From Candidatus Oxydemutator sp. (GTDB lineage Bacteria; Pseudomonadota; Gammaproteobacteria; Poriferisulfidales; Oxydemutatoraceae): 64,000 nt of DNA. Made by a program: the position numbers and the translations under genes. Location: the NCBI GenBank assembly GCA_965203445.1, contig OZ241883.1, positions 256,001-320,000 on the forward strand. The letters are read 5' to 3'. Shown piece by piece: positions 58,031-64,000 of the stretch; position 1 is the first letter of the stretch, and the number at the start of each line of letters is the position of its first letter. The notes under the pieces are model-generated. The model did no database searches. It was given only the letters and a program-made list of their open reading frames with translations, and was not told the origin of the DNA.

Positions 58031-59065
58031 ATGGAATACCGAACCTTAGGCGATACCGACGTCGAAGTCAGCGTCATCTGTCTCGGCACGATGACCTGGG
58101 GCGAGCAGAACACCGAGGCCGAGGCGCACAAGCAGCTCGACTACGCGGTCGCGCACGGCGTCAACTTCATAGACACCGCCGAGATGTATCCGGTGCCGCC
58201 GAGACAGGAGACACAAGGGCGCACCGAGGCGTACATCGGCAGCTGGTTGCGGCGGCGCGACGACCGCGAGCGGCTGATCATCGCGAGCAAGGTATCGGGG
58301 CCGGGTATGCAGGACTACCTGCGCGGCGGCCCGCGGCTTACGCGCGACCACGTCGAGCGCGCCGCCGAGGCGAGCCTCGAGAGGCTGGCCACCGACTACA
58401 TCGATCTCTACCAGGTGCATTGGCCGGCGCGCCGCACCAACTTCTTCGGCAAGCTCGGCTATGCGCACGAGGATGACGACGACGCGACGCCGATCGCGGA
58501 GACCCTCGAGGCGTTGGGCGATCTGGTCGCGCAAGGCAAGGTGCGCCACGTCGGCATCTCGAACGAGACGCCGTGGGGGGCGATGGCGTGGCTGCGGGAG
58601 GCCGCGGCCCGAGGGCTGCCGCGCATCGTCGGCATCCAGAATCCGTACGGCCTGCTCAACCGCACGTTCGAGGTCGGCCTGGCCGAGATCGCGCACCGCG
58701 AGCGATGCGGGCTGCTCGCCTACTCGCCGCTCGGCTTCGGCGTGCTCAGCGGCAAGTACCTGGACGGCGGGCGTCCGCCGGGCGCGCGGCTTACGCTGTT
58801 CGACTACTTCACGCGCTACACCGGCGAGCGCGGCGTCGCGGCGACGCGCCGCTACGTCGAAATCGCGCGCCAGGCGGGCCTCGACCCGGCGCAGATGGCG
58901 CTGGCCTACGTCAACACGCGCCCGTTTCTGACCAGCAACATCATCGGCGCGACGACCATCGAACAGTTGCGCGACAACGTCGAAAGCGCGGCCACGACGC
59001 TGTCCGAGGACGTGCTCGCGGCCATCGAGCGGGTGCACGAGGAACTGCCCAATCCCTGTCCGTAA
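58031..59065 (+). CDS. tas: NADP(H)-dependent aldo-keto reductase (Tas-like)
   Basis: CLGTMTWGEQN, DTAEMYP, LYQVHWP, SNETPWG, AYSPLG. Confidence 0.88.
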   Translation: MEYRTLGDTDVEVSVICLGTMTWGEQNTEAEAHKQLDYAVAHGVNFIDTAEMYPVPPRQETQGRTEAYIGSWLRRRDDRERLIIASKVSGPGMQDYLRGGPRLTRDHVERAAEASLERLATDYIDLYQVHWPARRTNFFGKLGYAHEDDDDATPIAETLEALGDLVAQGKVRHVGISNETPWGAMAWLREAAARGLPRIVGIQNPYGLLNRTFEVGLAEIAHRERCGLLAYSPLGFGVLSGKYLDGGRPPGARLTLFDYFTRYTGERGVAATRRYVEIARQAGLDPAQMALAYVNTRPFLTSNIIGATTIEQLRDNVESAATTLSEDVLAAIERVHEELPNPCP

Positions 59066-59103
59066 CCCGGGCGACCACGGGTCACGACGTCATTCTCCGC
59101 CAC

Positions 59104-60057
59104 GTGCCGGCGCCCTTCACCATTCGGCTGGAAACGGAGGCCGCCACCGGCGACGAGCGCTGCCTCGCAAGCATCGCCTTTCCGGACGACGGCGGCGGCC
59201 AGGCCGTCGCCACCGGACTGTCGCCGCTGGGCGACGACCGACGCTGCCAGAACTGGTACGCGCGTAAGCCGGTGCGCCACGCGCGCGCGGGGGCGCTGCA
59301 CTACGCCTACAATGACGAGCTGCTATTCGGCCACGTCCGGCTGGCGGGCGACGCGCGGCTGGAGTCCGAGGCCGGCGCCGCGTACCGCACGATTTTGCAC
59401 GTGCTCGAACGCCGCCGCATGGCGCTGATAAGAGCCTGGCATTACCTGCCGCGCGTCAACGAAGACTCGCGTTACCGCGCGTTCTGCCGCGCGCGCGCGC
59501 ATGCGCTCGGCGCGACCCCGCAATCGCGCTATTGCGCCGCCACCGTGATCGGCACGCGCGCGGCGCACGGCGTGCTCTATTTCCTGGCGGCGAAACAAGC
59601 CGGGGTCGCGATAGAAAACCCGCGCCAAGTCAGCGCCTACCGCTACCCGCCGCGCTACGCCGACCCGCCGCCGGCGTTCGCGCGCGCGACGCTGAAACGA
59701 TGGCAAGAGACCCGCCAGCTCCACGTCTCCGGCACCGCCGCCATCGTCGGCCACGAATCAACGCACGCCGGCGACGTCGCCGGGCAGTTCGGCGAGATCG
59801 TCTGCAATCTCGAGGCCCTGATCGAGGAGGCGGCGCGCGTGGAACCGGCCTTCGCCGGCGCCGGGGTCGCCGATTTTTCGCACTGCGTCATCTATCTCGA
59901 TCGGCGCGCCGACGACGGGAAATTCCCGGACGCGGCGCGTGCGCGTCTCGCCCCGCGCTCCGGGCAAACTCGATTGCGCCTGTTTTGCGGCGAGATGTGC
60001 CGTCCCGAGCTGCTGGTCGAGGTCGAGGGTCTGCTCGAGAAACAGGAACGCGCTTGA
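59104..60057 (+). CDS. FkbO/Hyg5-like chorismatase family protein
   Basis: RAWHYLP, IENPRQVSAYRYP..Y, FARA, SGTAAIVGHE, CRPELLVEVEG; start uncertain. Confidence 0.78.
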   Translation: MPAPFTIRLETEAATGDERCLASIAFPDDGGGQAVATGLSPLGDDRRCQNWYARKPVRHARAGALHYAYNDELLFGHVRLAGDARLESEAGAAYRTILHVLERRRMALIRAWHYLPRVNEDSRYRAFCRARAHALGATPQSRYCAATVIGTRAAHGVLYFLAAKQAGVAIENPRQVSAYRYPPRYADPPPAFARATLKRWQETRQLHVSGTAAIVGHESTHAGDVAGQFGEIVCNLEALIEEAARVEPAFAGAGVADFSHCVIYLDRRADDGKFPDAARARLAPRSGQTRLRLFCGEMCRPELLVEVEGLLEKQERA

Positions 60058-60149
60058 CCACCCGCGACGACGACGGGCGCGCCGCGGCCTCGACCCGTCC
60101 GTCGCTTCATTCGGCACAAAAACCCGACGACCCGCGCCAATAACCGCCG

Positions 60150-60965
60150 ATGCCCGAACTGCCCGAAGTCGAGACGACGCGCCGCGGTCTTGCGCGGCAC
60201 CTGACGGGGCTTGGCATCCGCGACGTCGTCGTGCGCGAAAGGCGGCTGCGCTACCGCGTGACGCCGGGGCTGCGCGCCAGGCTGCGCGGGCGGCGCATCG
60301 CCGCAATCGGCAGGCGCGGCAAATACCTGTTGCTGTATCTCGACCGCGGCTGTCTGCTGTGGCATCTCGGCATGTCCGGCAGCCTGCGCGTAACCGACGC
60401 CGCCAAAGCCGCGGGCAAACACGACCATCTGGATCTGGTATTCGGCGGCGGCGCGGTGTTGCGCTTCCGCGATCCCCGCAAATTCGGCTTCGTGCTGTGG
60501 AGCGCGCGCGAACCGCTTGGCCACAAACTGCTCGCCGGCCTCGGCCCGGAACCGCTGGGAGCGGACTTCGACGGCGACTACCTGTACGAAAAATCACGCG
60601 GGCGCCGCGCGCCGGTCAAGCATTTCATCATGGACGGGCGCGTCGTGCCCGGCGTCGGCAACATCTACGCCAACGAGGCCCTGTTCAAAGCCGGCATACG
60701 CCCGGCGCGCGCCGCCGGTCGCGTCTCGCGGCGGCGTTACCAAGTGCTGGCCACGGCCATCCGCGACGTGCTGAAACGGGCAATACGCAAAGGCGGCACG
60801 ACGCTGCGCGACTTCACGAGGGACGACGGCCGGCCCGGTTATTTCGGCCAGACGCTTGCGGTGTACCAACGCGCGGGCGAAGCCTGCCCCGCGTGCGGCG
60901 GCGCCATCCGCACCCATATCCTCGGCCAACGCTCGACGTTCTACTGTCCGCGCTGCCAGACCTGA
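60150..60965 (+). CDS. mutM: Formamidopyrimidine-DNA glycosylase
   Basis: MPELPEVE, RRGKY, HLGMSG, GVGNIYA, CPAC...CPRCQ. Confidence 0.97.
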   Translation: MPELPEVETTRRGLARHLTGLGIRDVVVRERRLRYRVTPGLRARLRGRRIAAIGRRGKYLLLYLDRGCLLWHLGMSGSLRVTDAAKAAGKHDHLDLVFGGGAVLRFRDPRKFGFVLWSAREPLGHKLLAGLGPEPLGADFDGDYLYEKSRGRRAPVKHFIMDGRVVPGVGNIYANEALFKAGIRPARAAGRVSRRRYQVLATAIRDVLKRAIRKGGTTLRDFTRDDGRPGYFGQTLAVYQRAGEACPACGGAIRTHILGQRSTFYCPRCQT

Positions 60966-61132
60966 GCGGGCACGAACTCAACTCTCGAGAAACTCCCCAG
61001 AAATTGCCCCAGACTCTTGAAATGTGAACTGTCGGCACCGGACACGACTATCAGGTTCTTTACCGGCGCACGCGGCAGAAAACGCTTGTCATACAGATGT
61101 ACAAGCTCCCGCTTCAGTGTTGAGAATGCCAT
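60941..61132 (-). pseudogene. Probable truncated 5' remnant of a DUF1647/glycosyltransferase-like gene
   Basis: LIVVSGADSSHFKSLGQFL resembles the N-terminal motif of that family; reading frame runs into the antisense of mutM; lower GC. Confidence 0.4.
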
Positions 61133-61139
61133 CGGAGTA

Positions 61140-62897
61140 TTATCGTGCGGTAAGCACCGGCGCCACCAGCGCGCTCCCCATCCCTCTCGGGTCGGACGCG
61201 GCGTCCAAAGTGCGCCGACGCCGGTCGTGCACGATTACCTGCATGTTGCCAAAGGCGCGCTCGCGCGGTTGCAGTTTGTGGCCGAAGGCCCGCAGTTGTC
61301 GCTGCACCCGCGGCGTCAACGCGCGCGGCTCGAAACTGATCTCGTCGGGCAGGTATTGGTGGTGGTAGCGCGGCGCAGCGACCATCGCCTCGGCGTCGGC
61401 GCCTTCGAGAAACCGCAATATCGCCAGCAGCACCATCGTGATGATGCGGCTGCCGCCGGGCGTGCCGATCACGGCGAGACGGCCGTCGTGCTTGACGAAC
61501 GTCGGCGACATGCTCGACAACATGCGCTTGCCGGGCGCGATCGCGTTGGCGTCGCCGCCGACGAGACCGTAGAGGTTCGGCGTCCCGGGCTTGGCCGCGA
61601 AATCGTCCATCTCGTCGTTCAGCAGAACACCGGTGCCCGCGACCATAAAACCGGAACCGAACGGATAATTGATCGACAGCGTCGCGGCGACGCGGTTGCC
61701 GTCGGCGTCGAGAATCGAGTAATGCGTCGTGTCCTCGCCTCGCGGCGCGCCCGCGGGCGGGGCGGCAAGCGGAGCGGCAGCGGGCGTCGCGCGCCCGGGC
61801 GCTATGGTCGCGGCCAGCGCGGCGGCGTGCTCGGCGCTCAGAAGACGCGCGACGGGCACCGCCACGTAGTCGGGATCGCCCATGTGTTCGGCGCGGTCGC
61901 GGTAGGCGCGCCGCATCGCCTCGACGACGTGGTGGACGCGCTCGGCCTCGCCCATCGCGACCAGATCGAAGCGCGCCAGCTGATTCAGCATTATGCCCAA
62001 CACGAGACCGCCGGACGAAGGCGGCGCCGCGCTGACAATCTCGGCGCCGCGGTAGCGCACGCGCACCGGCTCGCGCTCGACCACGCGGTAGCGTTCGAGA
62101 TCCTCAAGCCGCCAGATACCGCCGCCGCGGCGCACGCCCGCGACCAGCCGCGCGGCCAGGGCGCCGCGATAGAAACCGCGCGCCCCCTGAGCGGCGATGC
62201 GCTCCAACGTCGCCGCCAGATCGGGCTGGACGATCCGGTAACCCGGCGGCGGCACCTGGCCGTCGTGCAGAAACACCGCGGCCGCGGCGGGCGACGCCGC
62301 CAGCGCCGCGAGGCGAAACTCGACGCGCGCGCGATAGATGGCATCTGCCGCAAATCCCTCCCGCGCCAGGCGAATTGCGGGTGCGAGACTGCGCGCGAGC
62401 GGCAGCCTGCCGTAGTCGCGCGCGAGATGCCAGAGCGCCGCCGGCACCCCCGGAATCCCGGCGGCCAGCGCGCCGTCCACCGAGGCGCCCTCGACAACCT
62501 CGCCGTCGTCGCCTATATACAAGTTCCGGTGGGCGTCAAGCGGCGCGCGCTCGCGCGCGTCCAGCATCACGGTCTTGCCGTCGGTCGCGCGATGCAACAG
62601 CCAGAAGCCGCCGCCGCCGAGACCCGACGAATATGGCTCGACGACCGCGAGTGCCGCGGCCGCGGCGACCGCCGCGTCGAAGGCGTTGCCACCTTGCCTG
62701 AGAATTGCGAAAGCGGCGCTGGTCGCGAGCGGATGCGCCGTCGCCACCGCGGCCACGCGCGGCGCATCCGCGTCCTGCGCCGTCGCCGGCGGCATCGGCG
62801 CCGCGACACTACCGCAAAAGACCAATATCGCGGCGCGCGAAGACCTCGCCAAAAGGCGCACAAAAGGCGGGATTGCGAGTGGGCGTGCGAGTGTCAC
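61140..62897 (-). CDS. ggt: Gamma-glutamyltransferase
   Basis: [41 protein letters not shown]. Confidence 0.96.
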   Translation of the reverse strand: MTLARPLAIPPFVRLLARSSRAAILVFCGSVAAPMPPATAQDADAPRVAAVATAHPLATSAAFAILRQGGNAFDAAVAAAAALAVVEPYSSGLGGGGFWLLHRATDGKTVMLDARERAPLDAHRNLYIGDDGEVVEGASVDGALAAGIPGVPAALWHLARDYGRLPLARSLAPAIRLAREGFAADAIYRARVEFRLAALAASPAAAAVFLHDGQVPPPGYRIVQPDLAATLERIAAQGARGFYRGALAARLVAGVRRGGGIWRLEDLERYRVVEREPVRVRYRGAEIVSAAPPSSGGLVLGIMLNQLARFDLVAMGEAERVHHVVEAMRRAYRDRAEHMGDPDYVAVPVARLLSAEHAAALAATIAPGRATPAAAPLAAPPAGAPRGEDTTHYSILDADGNRVAATLSINYPFGSGFMVAGTGVLLNDEMDDFAAKPGTPNLYGLVGGDANAIAPGKRMLSSMSPTFVKHDGRLAVIGTPGGSRIITMVLLAILRFLEGADAEAMVAAPRYHHQYLPDEISFEPRALTPRVQRQLRAFGHKLQPRERAFGNMQVIVHDRRRRTLDAASDPRGMGSALVAPVLTAR

Positions 62898-63379
62898 CGA
62901 CGCTCGTGCTTGCGCTTCATCGCCGCCTCGACCGACGGCGCGACGAAAGCCGAGACGTCGCCGCCCAGTTCGGAGATCTCGCGCACCAGGCCGGAAGAGA
63001 TAAAAGCGTGCTCGTCGGAAGGCATCATAAAGACCGACTCCAACTCGTCGTCGAGCTTGCGGTTCATCCCCGCCAACTGGAACTCGTACTCAAAATCGGA
63101 CACCGCGCGCAAGCCGCGCAAAATCACGCTGGCCGCGTGCTCCCGCGCGAAGTTCACGAGCAATCCGTCGAAGCCGCGCACTTCGACCCCCGAGTAGCGC
63201 GAGAGCACGTCGCACGCGAGCGCCACGCGTTCGTCGTCGCTGAAAAAAGTTCGCTTGCCGGAGGCGACGGCGACACCGACGATGATACGGTCGAACAACG
63301 GCGCGGCGCGACGCACCAAGTCGGCGTGCCCATTGGTAACCGGATCGAACGTTCCCGGATAGACGGCGATCAAAGCCAT
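62894..63379 (-). CDS. coaD: Phosphopantetheine adenylyltransferase
   Basis: [32 protein letters not shown]. Confidence 0.97.
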   Translation of the reverse strand: MALIAVYPGTFDPVTNGHADLVRRAAPLFDRIIVGVAVASGKRTFFSDDERVALACDVLSRYSGVEVRGFDGLLVNFAREHAASVILRGLRAVSDFEYEFQLAGMNRKLDDELESVFMMPSDEHAFISSGLVREISELGGDVSAFVAPSVEAAMKRKHERR

Positions 63380-63502
63380 GGCGGTATTATGCCGACAACC
63401 GAATTTTTAACGACGGAACTATGGTCATAGCATGATTTGCCGTTGGCGGGCGTGCCGCTCTGATTGGCGGCGCTCACCCAAACCAGCCGCCACAAAACGC
63501 CC

Positions 63503-64000
63503 TTATTCTCGCGCCGCAGTCTCCGTCGGCGGGCGCTGACGGCTGACGTCATGGCCGCCGTAGCGCAGCACCGGGTACTGGGTGCTCGTGCCGAAGTCCC
63601 ACGGGTTGTCGCCACCCGCCACGCCGTCCAGGTTCACGTTCCAGGCGGCGTAGATTCCGGTGTAGGCCGTCGGCGCGCGCAACTCGGAGGTGCTCTTGCC
63701 CACACCACCGCGACTCGTTGACTGACCGGAGGTATCGGTGTTCCAGTAACTGTTGGTTACTGTTCCGCTGTCGAATGCTCCTCCTACGAGGCCGCCTGCC
63801 CACGACCGCCACCACGACCACCCGCTGACCGCCCCCGTCGCGTAACTGGCGGCTATCTTCCCCTGGTTCCCCCCTACGAGGCCCCCCTTATAACTCTCCC
63901 CATCGACCGCCCCCGTCGCGTAACTGGCGACTATCTCGCCAGAGTTATCCCCTATGAGACCGCCTGTCTCGAACCTCCCGTTAACCGCCCCCGTCGCGTA
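63503..64000 (-). CDS. GLUG-repeat surface/secreted protein, 3' part (runs off window end)
   Basis: Manual translation YATGAV..GGLIG..ASYATGAV..GGLVG..ASYATGAV..GGLVG..NSYWNTDTSG..WDFGTSTQYPVL. Confidence 0.85.
   Translation of the reverse strand, partial: YATGAVNGRFETGGLIGDNSGEIVASYATGAVDGESYKGGLVGGNQGKIAASYATGAVSGWSWWRSWAGGLVGGAFDSGTVTNSYWNTDTSGQSTSRGGVGKSTSELRAPTAYTGIYAAWNVNLDGVAGGDNPWDFGTSTQYPVLRYGGHDVSRQRPPTETAARE

Noticed and set aside
63503-64000. Diversity-generating retroelement target
   Set aside because: No reverse transcriptase or template repeat in the window, and the differences between repeats are not clearly adenine-specific.

Overview
High-GC gammaproteobacterial chromosome segment from a sulfur oxidiser. 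It carries a reverse-type dsrABEFHCMKLJOPN operon with a near-consensus sigma70 promoter. Housekeeping blocks: dapF-yigA-xerC-hslVU; rpoZ-spoT-ridA-recG; rpe-trpEGDC; oxyR-purHD; trxA-rho; cca, uppP, mutM, ggt, coaD; and one tRNA-Val(CAC). A GLUG-repeat protein, a DUF1640-like heptad-repeat protein, an NHLP-type peptide precursor and a GT10 fucosyltransferase hint at a host-associated (e.g. marine invertebrate) lifestyle, which is inference only. The most unusual items: (1) a lower-GC cassette encoding an SF1 helicase, a DarT1-like DNA ADP-ribosyltransferase and an ARH/DraG-family hydrolase, with no NADAR or macrodomain antitoxin, a candidate undescribed defence system; (2) an orphan Cas6-like gene coupled to a small Cys-free protein beside the dsr operon, with no array or other cas genes in the window; (3) a 36-bp repeat / 30-bp unique / 36-bp repeat insertion inside darT that keeps the frame; (4) an MboII-like methyltransferase pair coupled to a PLD-family nuclease; (5) an orphan NHLP/proteusin-type precursor. 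All family assignments come from motif recognition by eye and recalled sequences, not database searches, and many start codons were re-chosen by hand.
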